The notes beneath the pieces were generated by a model. That model worked only from the letters and a program-made list of their open reading frames with translations. It ran no database searches and was not told the origin of the DNA. A stretch of DNA of 64,000 nt from Basidiobolus meristosporus CBS 931.73 (Eukaryota; Fungi; Basidiobolomycota), in contig MCFE01000017.1 of assembly GCA_002104905.1 (NCBI GenBank), positions 186,632 to 250,631 of the forward strand. The letters are read 5' to 3'. The position numbers and the translations under genes are program-made. Below, piece after piece: positions 11,483-23,080 of the stretch (positions within the stretch are counted from its first letter, which is position 1; each line of letters begins with the position of its first letter).

Positions 11483-12433
11483 TTATACACCATACATGTT
11501 TCTGGTGTTCTCGCGGGTGATACCAAGGACTCTGTCAACTGGAATGTTGCTTAATTCCCCTACTTTCTCTGCAATATAAGGGATCATACCGGGGTGTGAG
11601 GCCTTGACTTTCCCGTATCGACGAAATTCATGCTGAACTCGATTCGGCACCATGTATGGGCCATCTGTTTCCAGCAAAAGTCGGGATGTTGGCGCAACAT
11701 TTCTTACAATTTCTTGAATATCTTTGGCAGAGGCAAAAGTTACAACACCCGTGATACCGAGATAGAGGTGACTGAAATGAAACAGTAGGCGCTCTGCTAA
11801 ACCTGGGGAGGAGGTAAAGCAGTGAACATGAATCTTCCAATTTTGGGGGATATATGCTTTCATGATTTCGAGGGTATCTTCTTCAGCTTCTCTGGTATGC
11901 ACTACTATAGGTTTGTTGTTTCGCAGGGCAAGCTCAATCTGCTTCGTGAATACCTTTTGCTGGACTTTGGGCGGACTTTTGTTGTAGTGATAATCCAATC
12001 CCATTTCTCCACAAGCGACAACCTTGGGCAGGGATAGGAGCTCTTCAAGCTGTTGCTCAACCCTATGAGTATATGCTAGAGCTTGATGTGGATGCACGCC
12101 AACTGAATGATACACCAGCTCATGCTGAATCATATGGTATTTATCAAGATCCGAAGGAGAACATAGTACGTTGATGCAAGAGGCCATATTGTTTGGAAAG
12201 CAGCTTTTGTAGAGTGTCGCGTAATCTCGGATGTTTTCGTTGTGAGCGGCATAGTCAAGAATGTAATTTAAGTGGCAATGTGTATCAACAAACGGTGCTC
12301 TAGATATATTGCGCAATTCCCGAGTGTGTGGGAACACAAGCAGCTCCTTCCTGAAGTTCGATATTGACCTTCGCAAAGCTCTCGCTCCGATGGAACATAA
12401 CTTACCTAAGCGGTCCTTTTGTCTAGGTATCAT
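11483..12433 (-). CDS. TatD-family nuclease (TATDN2-like)
   Basis: VDTHCHL, GVHPH, ACGEMGLDY, PIVVHTRE, HVHCFT, LLETDGPY motifs; start uncertain (first in-frame ATG at 12433). Confidence 0.9.
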   Translation of the reverse strand: MIPRQKDRLGKLCSIGARALRRSISNFRKELLVFPHTRELRNISRAPFVDTHCHLNYILDYAAHNENIRDYATLYKSCFPNNMASCINVLCSPSDLDKYHMIQHELVYHSVGVHPHQALAYTHRVEQQLEELLSLPKVVACGEMGLDYHYNKSPPKVQQKVFTKQIELALRNNKPIVVHTREAEEDTLEIMKAYIPQNWKIHVHCFTSSPGLAERLLFHFSHLYLGITGVVTFASAKDIQEIVRNVAPTSRLLLETDGPYMVPNRVQHEFRRYGKVKASHPGMIPYIAEKVGELSNIPVDRVLGITRENTRNMYGV

Positions 12434-12591
12434 TTGATTGACGAGCAAAAGAACCAAGGCTCATTGATACCCCAAATATTTCGGTGGTTCTGTTGAAATA
12501 AAAATGGATGGGCTCAGTAGTACGAGATATGATGTTTGAAAGTTAACTTGGTTTATTCAGAATGAAGAATAAGGGATTCACTCGCAAAGAC

Positions 12592-13032
12592 TTATTCTTG
12601 ACGACGACCACGGAACTCAGGCTTGAAATCGCCAGAGGCACCTTCCTTCTTGGCACCGTCATCACGGCGTCTGTAACCTTCGCGATCACCACGAGGACCA
12701 CGGAAAGGACGGTCACCTTCTTGACGAGGGCGGATACCAACGGGTCTAGCGGTCTTCTTCATGGTAGCGGGGACGATCTCGGCGGGCAAGTGAAGGAATT
12801 CACGGAGATATTCAATACCCTCGTTGGTGAGGAAGTAGTAGTAATGTTGCCACGAGAATTGGGTCTTGACGTAGCCGCGAGAGTTGAGGGATTGCAAAGC
12901 CTTGATGACTTGAAGGTTAGGAACATCAAGTTCATCATGCTTAGGAGCATTGAAGTCCTTCTTGGCAACCATGACGCCCTCCTTGAAGAGGCTCTCGTAG
13001 ATGAGCTTTCTGTTCTGCTTGGGAATAAGCAT
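12592..13032 (-). CDS. RPS10: 40S ribosomal protein S10 (eS10), with a predicted 5'UTR intron at 13046-13192
   Basis: [32 protein letters not shown]...[24 protein letters not shown]. Confidence 0.97.
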   Translation of the reverse strand: MLIPKQNRKLIYESLFKEGVMVAKKDFNAPKHDELDVPNLQVIKALQSLNSRGYVKTQFSWQHYYYFLTNEGIEYLREFLHLPAEIVPATMKKTARPVGIRPRQEGDRPFRGPRGDREGYRRRDDGAKKEGASGDFKPEFRGRRQE

Positions 13033-13421
13033 TTTTGCAAGGTAACTATACGAAGAGGAGGTTAGCTATTTGAATACATTGGAGACGAAATGGATGGGTC
13101 GTGTCTACGGATGGATTCACCTGGGACATGATCCATCCGAGCCAGTTCGTTCACACGTTTACTTGATCCATCCAGCTTTGAACCTTACTGACCTTTCTAA
13201 AGGAAAATAATTCCGAGTTACGGCAGAAGAGAGGGATCTAGGAACCTGGCTTCCCAATAATTTAAGGCACTACCTTGGTCATCCCTGTCAAGATTTTTCT
13301 GAAAATTTTGGCTTCGTTGTGATCCTCCTTGTGAGCCATTTCATTGGCTCAGGGCCACAGTACAGGTTGATCAGAAAAAAAAGCATCGCGCTAAACATCG
13401 CCACCACTTTCGCCATTCCCC

Positions 13422-13432
13422 AACCCTAACCC
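13422..13432 (-). promoter_or_regulatory. Telobox-like motif upstream of RPS10
   Basis: AACCCTAACCC ~230 bp upstream of the 5'UTR intron donor. Confidence 0.35.
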
Positions 13433-13972
13433 ATCATTTTGCTCGACCATCCGAATTGTAGGATTTGGTTTAGGAGCATAGAAGTGTGCTAAGTTGAGCA
13501 AAATTCGCCAAATCTCGATTAGCGTGGAATTAGTAATCGGACATTCATGGAGCTATCGGTTTAATGTTCGGAAAGCATCCTTGATTAATAATTACGACGT
13601 TCCCTTGGATAATCCATATCCTAGGTGACCAATAATTCACACTACGTACTGTAATTTATTAGTCATCATCATCAATAATTTCTCCCCACTGATCCAAAAT
13701 AGGTGAACAGATTCCATGATTGAAGTTTAAGCTACATTGCAGCCAATCTAAGTTGACTAAGATTATACTCATCACTCACATGGCTATGGTTTACCCAAAG
13801 GTCAATCAGTGGGAGTCGGAAATTCTGCCATCCAAGTACAATATATCAGTAGCCATTTTCTCTGACACTCCGACCTTGCTCATGAATATTCCTGTTTCAT
13901 ATTTCTTTGGCAAGAGCGTTTCCCTTTATAATCCTATCCTTTGCCTTGGTCGACCCATAATTATCTTTGCGA

Positions 13973-14942
13973 ATGGATTCTCTATTGCTCCAGAGCTCTA
14001 AAGGAGCTATAACACCCCCCTTTCGACAAAAGATCTCCCACGGCTTGATCGGTAACTACTCATTCGTGAACTTGGAGCGATCCATATTCGCAGACACCAT
14101 GTTCCATGATACTCCGCTAACCTCGCTATTTTGCAGATGCGACTGCTTCGATCATAGAGTCGATATGGCCCAGTCATTCATTCTCTAAATCAATCACCTT
14201 GACTCCGTTAAAACCCTTTCTCGTGCAAACTCTGCGCGAATCCAAGGTGTCCATTATCACATTGCAAATAGCTTTGTTGTATTTGCTTCGCGTCAAGATT
14301 GCGGGGAAGTACGAGGGCGGCTGCAAGGGTGGCCCACCCAACTTTGCCAAGTGTGGACGCCGAATGTTTATTGCTGCACTTATCGTGTCCGGAAAATTCC
14401 TAAACGACAAATATCTGAAGAATTGCACGTGGGCGCAGCTCACCAAGACTCCGGTAGCCGAGATCAACATGGTCGAGCTCTCTTTTCTGAGGCTGATCGA
14501 TTACAATCTTTTCGTTCCCGTATCTGCTTTTGTGCGCTGGTCCACGTTGCTCAGCAATTATATATGTACGAAGGAGTCTTGCCCACCGTTAACTTCGTCC
14601 TGTGTGGAATTGTTCGGCCATCTCTCCAAGCCCAATCGAAAACAAGCACGATATGCTCCGTATGCGGCACATCGAAGATCCACCCATTCCAAAGCCACTA
14701 GCGCAAGCAACAGCTCTAACACCAACGAACATCTCCGTCTTGATGGCGTTCCATTGATGTCAATAGCAAAACCATTAGATGATACCCTACCTTGGAGCCG
14801 CACGGAAATCCTGAATTTGGAGCCACCGAATAAGCCGCCTTCCGACCTGTTCCATTCGTTACCAATCAGCCCCTTATCAAGTAGCGGCACACTTGAACCA
14901 TCCATATTGGCTCTGTCGCCTTTGCAACAGAGAGATGCCTAA
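13973..14942 (+). CDS. Pcl/Pho80-family cyclin (Pcl5/Clg1-like), 2 exons
   Basis: ASIIESIWP...TLQIALLYLLRVK...CGRRMFIAALIVSGKFLNDK...NCTWAQL...EINMVELSFLRLIDYNL cyclin box; intron ~14052-14136. Confidence 0.85.
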
Positions 14943-15182
14943 TTTCTAACAAAAACTGTACAGTTTTCTGGATCACTCTCACAGCTAATCCATTGTATCA
15001 TCACTCCAACTTTTTAATACACTCACTACCAAATCGCGTGGCTGCCATTCATATATTTGGTAGGGTGGAGCGGTCACTAATTATTGGCACAATGTAAATA
15101 GGTGCACTTTTTGAATCTCATAAACAATCGAATCAGTTCTTTATTTCCATCACGAATGGGCCTTGAAAGGGATTTCTATTGC

Positions 15183-16330
15183 TCAGAAGCTCTCATCGGA
15201 ATCGTACTCTTGCAGATGCATATCGTTTAGGCTCTTGTGCAGCGCCTTCATGTTGTTCACTTCGTCAGGCGCAACAAATCCCTCCTAGATGTTGGTGAAA
15301 GTCAAAGAATGCTTACTACCACTGGCCGTAATTCTGAATGTTGGTGACCCTTCCTACCGTTGAACCATACAGAACCTCGTGTAGTTCTCGCAACACATCC
15401 ACTCCGCTTCTCTTTTCCTCAACCCCAAGACTGGCTACCTGCTCCACTTCTCGAAGTTTCGTGTAATAATAGTCTCTTTCGCGCTCCAACGTATCCAGTT
15501 GTCTCTGCATCTCGGTCAGCTGGCGACGAAGCTCTTCGACCATTGGCGCATGCCCTGGTGAGGTATTGTTAAGAGGACGTGAATGTCCATTCCGGCTGAT
15601 TCTTGATGAAGAGCGCTCTAGAGTAATATATGACCGGACGGCAAAGTGTTGAGAACCTCTTTCACCGGTCCTAATATTCACTCAGCACCTACCATAGTTC
15701 GAGGTGCGCGAAAACGTGGCACGTGAGGAGCTACGTCTGCCGTTGGTGGGCGAGGGTTGGTCTGCTCTTCTTGCGACCGGGTCGTATGGTGGTACATCGA
15801 CAGTATCATGGAAATGTTTGAGCCACTGTAGGAACTCCAAATTATTCTGAAATTTACATTTTACTAGTTTGTCGATGGGTATTTCCTACAAAGCGGAGAG
15901 TTCCAAGGTTAGAAAGTCTTCCGGAAGGCTTAGCCTGACAAAGATACCTTCTCAATTTTATGTTTATTAAATGCTACTTGAAGAATCTTGAAATTCTGGA
16001 TATATTCATACTCCTGGTTGGCGCTGAACTTGACTTTGTTCATCTGAACGTCACCTGCAACCAGATATAGTCAGCAAAGGTTTGCGTCTCACTTGAAAAC
16101 CACTGAATGAAACGTGTTTCGGTGGCTTATTCGTACCATAGATAGAGTCAATTATCTGACAATATGCCGCGCCTAGGTGAGCGAAAGTATATCAATTCAC
16201 AGGAGAAAATGGACGTACGTTTCGATAGGAGCTGGCGCTTACCTGTGCCGAGTTGCTCTATCTTGGTAAAGCTCAGTTGCAGTAATTCGTTAACCCAGGC
16301 CAAAAGTTCGATTCTACTTTCGCCCATCAT
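15183..16330 (-). CDS. BIM1: EB1/Bim1/Mal3 microtubule plus-end protein
   Basis: [31 protein letters not shown] domain; [16 protein letters not shown]...EVLYGST|EGFVAP EBH domain; acidic tail ending in F. Confidence 0.92.
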
Positions 16331-17136
16331 TTTATTGAATGAAGTCTAAATGGTGGCAAGAGAGTTGGTGGAAAACGGTAGAGAAAACCTGAGAAGGGGA
16401 AAAGTATTGTATAAAATAGCAACATCCAGTCGGTGCATATTACAATGGGGGGGGGGTCAGATAGAGATTAGTCTGGTAGCTGATGTGCGTCTTATTACAT
16501 GAATTAAGCTAATGTGTGAAGAATAGATTGAAATCTGATATTCTTCTGCAACTATATTGGTAGATAAATGGTAGATTGATGGAAATGCTCGATGTATTTG
16601 ACATGGTCAATTAACCTTAATCGTTCGCCTGCAAGGATAATCACTCAATAATCCACGTCAAGCAGGAGTTTACTGACCGCATGCACTTTAGATTGGCAGT
16701 TAATAGTGCACTGTTGACACCTGCTATTCCTGAAGCAGTGTTGGTTTCACCAAAAGAACAATATCAAACGCAGCAACTGACATACGTTGCTATATCCAGC
16801 CAATTCATGACTATATTTCGTAGTCGTAGAGAATCTATTTGCCATGCAGCTGCCCTCCGAGCTACCAAGTTGTTTCTTAATGGTCACTCCATGTCCCACA
16901 GCCTCATACCTGTCAAATCTATCCATACGATAAGCAATATATCGATCGAGATGACACTTGTGTCACAGAATTGCTGCAAGAGGCGCTTGGTATTCTATTG
17001 TATGAGAGCATGATGTTTATTTAGAAAGATTGGTGATTAAAGTGAGCAGTGTATATCAGGGTTTCGTACATGTACTGGATGGTAAAGGTAGTGTCAAATG
17101 TGATGTTATAGCGGGTGATTCTTGGAAATAAGTTGA

Positions 17137-19635
17137 TTATAGATTCCACAGATTAACTATATTATCTTTGCCACCGCTTACTAACACATCTTCCTTCATT
17201 CGGATTGTGCGTGCGGGTTGGCTATGACCAAGGAACGTGGTGTGTTGGAAGGAGATCCGGTTATACACCTAGACGATGCACAGTTAGAAGACCTGGTGGA
17301 GTGCAGTTGGGAGCAAGATGGGTACCTGTAGTTGATTCTGACCAGCCGCGGAGACGATCTTTTCCTTGTCGTACTGTAGACTAGTCACGCTGTTCTCGTA
17401 GTGCAGAGTATCGAAAGTTTTTCCGGCACGGATATCCCATACCTTGAGATAAGCATTAGATTAGAAGATCAAAGGGTGCCAGGTGGAGGAGAACTCACTC
17501 GGATAGTTTTATCAAGAGATCCGCTGAAAATGTAATTGTTATCAAATTCCAAGGTGGTGATGGGAGCTGAGTGAAACGGTTAGGAACGGGTGGCTGGATG
17601 GCTACAGGTTAAATGACTTACCAGAATGACCAGACAAAGTACGGTGAGTTTGCCCGGTACGTACTTAGGTTAGTTAAGGCATATATAGAGGGGTGTGTGA
17701 AATAGAGTTTGAGGATTATTACGAAAGGATACAGTCCCACATGCGCAGGGCTCCATCGGCAGTTCCGCTAACTAGTGCGTATTTCCAGAATTTCAAAGCC
17801 CCAACGAAACCACCCACTCCGTACTCGTCACCGATGCTACTCCACATACTATAGTTACTGCCTTTCATGTTCCACAAGATATCCATATTCATGACACATT
17901 GTCCAGTTTCCATGTCCCATTGTTTCATAGTTTTATCAGCCGAGCCAGTAACCTTTAGAACGAACGGTTGGTATACGGTAAAATAGTTGTTGTGGAGATG
18001 CACTTACCAAGGTGTTGTTGCCGAACTGCAAACAGCAGATTGCATCGTTGTGTCCAGCAATAACATTAAGGCAAGAGGGATCCCCGTGGAAGTATTCGCG
18101 GACTGGCGATTGAGGGGTAACCGGATATTCTGAAGTGTCGTTTTCTGGATCGCGAGGGTTTTCTGTGCTTGTCTCGGTATCAAGCTCCTCAGGGAGTGGC
18201 TCCTTCTGAGGAATCACCGGGGAAATGGAAAGGTCCCAGATACACACGGTACCATCATTAGAGCCCGTGGCCAAAATGTGGTCTTGAACTTGTACACATC
18301 GAACAATATCTAGCAAAATCACCGATCAATTAAACTGGTCACTACAATGGGGATGGCTTTGTAACTCTACCAGTATGGCCTTGAATGGTTCGAACACATT
18401 CGTAACTGTCCAAATCCCAAACTCTAACGGTGGTATCAGTAGAACCTGATACAAGTATCCGGCTACTGAGGTCAAAATCGACACAGGTTACAGTGTTATC
18501 ATGGCCGTATAATGACTAGCGAAAGTAGTATAAGAAATCAGGTTGATCAAGATTTGATACATTAATTCAAAACCCACCTTTTTGACAGTTCCATAGTTGC
18601 TCTTCTTAGTGGTATCTACAGCATCTAATTGATATGTTATCAAGAGTGACGATGACTATCGTGGCGTTCCAGTTACCATTGGTGTCTGGTGTGCGGAGTT
18701 CAGGCTCGGGCTCGGGCTCGTCATCAGCCATAAGAGCAATTTTATCCTGCAGGTCAGTCACTGCAAAGCGTAAGCAACAGACTTGGATTCAATCATGGCG
18801 AAATCAACCTAGGCTTACATATCCCTTCAGTTTTCTTTTCGTGCTTTTCTAGCTTTGTTAATTGTAGAAGGAGGGCATCTTTTTTCGAAAGCAGGTCGTC
18901 TATCAGGTTTTCAATTTTCTCAATCTCTTTTTGAAGATGTTTCTGCATGATCGTAAATCGGATGTCAGTGACGCAATATGATTGGTATCGTTTCCACTCG
19001 GCTATCTACCTTTTTGTCTTTGGTGTTTTCCATTTCAGAGAAGGCTTGGTCTCGTTCAAGCTGAAGATCATTACATATGCTCGAGGTCAGACCTGTTTCC
19101 TCCGCAGGAATCGAAGACAGTTAGTTTCTTAGAACGACGAAACAGGCGGCGGTTACTAACCATTTGTTTTGGCTTGTTCAGAAGCATCGGAGTTGTCGTC
19201 AGATTTCTTACCTCGGCGGCGATGCTTCCTTGGCGAATTCAAGGTAGTTTCGGCGGTCTCCTTCAGAGACTCACTTAGGCCGAGTTGAAACCCTTCAAAT
19301 AAGGACATCCCGTTGTTCATTTCCGATTCACCGTGTGGGATTCCTGCCAACAACAACTTATCGGTGGACCTTCCCACCTCTAGTTGAGAATCCAGCTTTC
19401 TCGTTGGGTTTTTGGTCATCAAAAAGCGTAAAGTTTGCTGATGGGTATCGGATTTATTTGACCAGCTAGAGGAGCCGACCAGGGTGGAGGAGAGAAGCGA
19501 GTTGGTAAGAGGAGACATTACTAAAGAGGCGGTGTTCGCCAATGCGCTCAACGGTCTCCATACTTCTGAGGTTAAAGATCTCGTTTCGTTACTTCGATTA
19601 TCCGAGAGGGGCCTCCCTGGCTGAGGAGTAGACAT
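17137..19635 (-). CDS. Mdv1/Caf4-like mitochondrial fission adaptor (N-terminal extension, coiled coil, WD40)
   Basis: LYGHDNTVTCVDFD, GSADKTMKQWDMETGQC, LVSGTADGALRMWD|LRTGQTHRTLSGH, VYNRISFQH...LVSGGKDNIVNLWNL*. Confidence 0.8.
17664..17732 (-). other. U12-type (minor spliceosome) GT-AG intron in the Mdv1-like gene
   Basis: 5'SS GTATCCTTTC; branch site TGCCTTAAC 9 nt before the 3' end; splicing restores WD|LRTG. Confidence 0.85.
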
Positions 19636-20035
19636 GCTTGCGCTTAGGTGAATTAACGAAATCACGTAAAAATTCAATGACCTGGATAAAGCTAGAATTT
19701 CAATCGAAAATGAAAACCCCCAAAAAATCCATTAGCTATTCCTAGAACAGTCACGCATTTGGTTGATTTTGAATTTGATCACAAATTCACCATCCAATTG
19801 AACAAGCCACTTGTCATAGGCCCGATCTATGCTTAGGCAACGTACTTGAGAGTGTATCCATATATGTACTTTTGTAGTGATCGCATAATGGCGTAAACCG
19901 AAGGGAAATAGTGGAAAGATAATTTATGAGCAAAGTCCTATCAAAAATAGAGCAAACAATTTACATGGAGAAACACTAGTGCTATATAATCAATCCTCAA
20001 TCTCTGAAAATGTTGTGTAAGTTATGCCAGTCAAC

Positions 20036-21483
20036 TTACAACGACCTCTGTCTTAAATGTCCAATTCCAAGCCCAACAGCTGGATGTTCTGGAGAGGCCT
20101 TCACTTGCTTTGAAGCTTGTTTTTCGTGTGTGCGCATGTGCTGTCCAAGATTATCTCTTCGCGAAAATGTCTTGTGGCACCCAATAAAAGTACAAGTAAA
20201 AGGTCTCTCAAGCGTATGTACCCGCATATGTCGTTTCAAGTGTTCTAAGCGTTTAAAGCGCATCTTGCACCCAGAAACAGTGCAGATGTGATTTTTGGCG
20301 TTGGAAGTCCTTGGTGTAGTGGTGGTAGGCAAAAGATGGGACGGTGACTCCTGGATTGTAGCAAGAGGCGTACCAATCATGGATGGAATATGGGAGGTAT
20401 GGTTGGTCAGGAAAGCTAGTGGCTGTCTTTGGGAATGAGGATGTGGAAATGGTAGTGATAATGCTTGTGCCAATAAGGGCATATTGGGGTATGTATGTGG
20501 GTATAGATGATGCAAAACAGCAGGAGGGAGAGTGTTTGAGCTTGGATGTTGTCTTTCAAAGGTACCAGGCGCTGAAGTCATGATTGCAATGCTATGTCTT
20601 CGTTCCGATCGACCCCGATTGGGTATTTTCATAGGTTGCTGTTCGCTGCAGTTTTGGCCAGTCGGGATGGTATATTCCGAATAGCGACGCTTGTGATGGT
20701 ACGGGTTTGGTGCGTGTGCCTCAGCCTCATTTAGAAGCATGTGGATGTTACTGGTTTTGGATGGGGATAGTAAGGGTTCCTCCACATGACTAGAGGTGGA
20801 CAAATTCAAATCCTCCAACTTGACCTTGGTAACTTGAGTCTCGTCGCCTATAGCTAAGCTTCCTCTTCGATGGGTCAGAGCCGATCTCTCTTGCTTCAAA
20901 TCGGGCGAGATGCGAGGATAGCTGTCAACTAGACTTTTTCGCCGCTGGTGGGTGCGATAATGAGCAGAATAGTTGTCGCTTCTACTGAAACTCTTTCCGC
21001 ATCCGGGGTATTCACAGACGTATGGACGCTCTTTGGTGTGAACCAGTTGATGTCTTTTCAAGTGCTCACAGCGCTTGAAGCTCCAGTCGCACCCTACATA
21101 GGGACAGACATATGCATGCTTGCCAAGATCCGCTTCATCTCTCATTCTAAGCTCTGTATCAAGGCAGGCTGCGGTACTAGCAGGTGTTTCAAGTGCTCGT
21201 TCATCCTCAGAGTCACTGCTTATCTTTGAGGAATGACTGTACTCACTGTGGGAAGGGCTACCCGAATCGATTTTATCCTCAGGAAATCCTTCTTGCGCTG
21301 TAGCTATAGTTGGAGGCGGGAATAAAAAAGATGATGCATGTATCTTGTGAGGCAAGTTGTCGGATCTTAGCTGACATATTGACGGAAGAACGCATGTGGA
21401 GGTGTCATCTGAGGATTGTCAAGTTAGTGACACGAAGGAGGAAGAATCAAGAACATTAACTGACCATTTGATGGGGAGGACAT
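20036..21483 (-). CDS. C2H2 zinc-finger transcription factor with two finger pairs
   Basis: [16 protein letters not shown]....C.KSFSRSDN and [17 protein letters not shown]....[10 protein letters not shown]. Short first exon predicted at 21483-21465 (GTCAGT donor). Confidence 0.85.
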
Positions 21484-22489
21484 CTGAACGACTCTGGAGA
21501 ATCCTGATTCCTGCGTGAGGGTGAACGGCTTGTACAATGGGCAAAGAGTGCAATCGCTTGCAAAAGTGTATTTCAAAACAATAGCAACCGACGAGGGGAT
21601 CGTATGCTAGAATCATTCGAGTCTTTCACCAGATGGGAGAACATTTATACCTGCCCAGGATCCATTAGCTAGACCATATTGTTTTAGGGATGAATTGGAT
21701 GACTCCTTAATAATATAGTGCTGCAGATTCCCTCATGCGCTCCATAGCGCCATTGGCTATATGACTAACCTTGCCTTCAACCAAAATGAAAATCATTGCG
21801 AGAATAAAATGACACCAGTTGGTGTATATCTGAATTGAACTCCAACCCTACTTATTGGATGATATGGCAGTAGTGAGCATCAGTCTTAGCCTTAGTTGAA
21901 TCACGATAATTGTAACACAATAGTCTAAGGGGCCCTTCACCCTCCCTAACCATCATTAATTTTAAACAATGCTGCAGCATCCCGAGAGAACCACCGATGA
22001 ATTCAATACTTGGCTTACATAACCCACTTTCACAGTTACAGAAACACACGAATGCATATACCACCAGTATAAAGAGCAACTGCAGTTAGCAGATTCATCT
22101 TCGCATGGACTCGGAGACACGCTTGCCAATTATCAAACGGAACGGGTAAACCAAGACAATCCAAGGAGGCTCTCCTGATTGACTCCTCCATCCGCTTTTG
22201 TATTTATTCAAAGGAAGAACTCAGTCCATTCAAGCAAGCTTAGTTATTTTAAATCCCCATGTTACACGACTCTCTGAGACGTGCGATCATTTTGAGTTGA
22301 AAGCACTTCAACTCCCATGTGGTGGATGTCGAAGCAATCTCTCATGTATTTGGGCTGTTATTTGTCAGAAAAAAGGCCCACACTGGTAAAATGATATCAC
22401 ATGATCATCAAGATTGAAAGGCTTTTGTCAAAATGCTATCGAGCCTTTCACATCAATATTTGCCTTTGTGTTGACGTTCGTTTGCAGTC

Positions 22490-22894
22490 ATGTCGTTTTT
22501 CAGCAATGCAAGGCTTTTCTTCTCAGCCAATCCAATGGCCGCTCTCTCCATAGCAGTTGTCCCTGCTGGAATGTATGTGGGATATCGTCTCCGGGATACT
22601 CGCGAAGAAGCTAACGAAAAGCTGCCTCCTAGAGAAGTAAGTCCTATTTACTCTGACACTTCATGCTCTCCACCACTCATGCCACCTTATCACATTAGCT
22701 TACACCTGAAGAACTGGAACAAAACGAGATGTTACGCCGAGAAGAGTAAGTACTCTACAAACTGTATATATAGTTGCGCGTTGGTTAACCATATATGAAG
22801 TTTGAAAACCAGAAGAAATCAGCTATTACGAGATCGTGAAGCTATCCTTAAGAAATTTGCTCAAATGGAGAGAGAAGAAGCAGAAAGTCAATAA
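22490..22894 (+). CDS. Small (~95 aa) single-pass membrane / coiled-coil protein of unknown function, 3 exons
   Basis: GT-AG splicing gives MSFFSNARLFFSANPMAALSIAVVPAGMYVGYRLR...PPRE|LTPEELEQNEMLRRE D|LKTRRNQLLRDREAILKKFAQMEREEAESQ*. Confidence 0.6.
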
Positions 22895-23080
22895 TATCAC
22901 TTAATACATACTCTACTGTCAACCACTACATACATTGTATTTACTCAACAGACATTCAATGATTAAATATGCATCCAACTTTTTTGACCTCTCTAAATTG
23001 TGTAACAATAAGCCCAGTAAATAATCCCGTGACTAGAGATTTAATATCGGGTTGCCAGCATTTTTCGAGGCTACCGAATT

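Noticed and set aside
10518-13065. Long antisense ORFs over RPL15 (10518-11093) and RPS10 (12562-13065)
   Set aside because: These are shadow ORFs from biased codon usage in highly expressed genes; the same applies to 45513-46211 and 52607-53101.
15886-15948. EB1 intron with donor GTATCTTTT as a third U12 intron
   Set aside because: The donor misses the CC core and the branch site (TTTCTAAC, over 20 nt from the AG) is U2-like; worth scoring but not supportable by eye.
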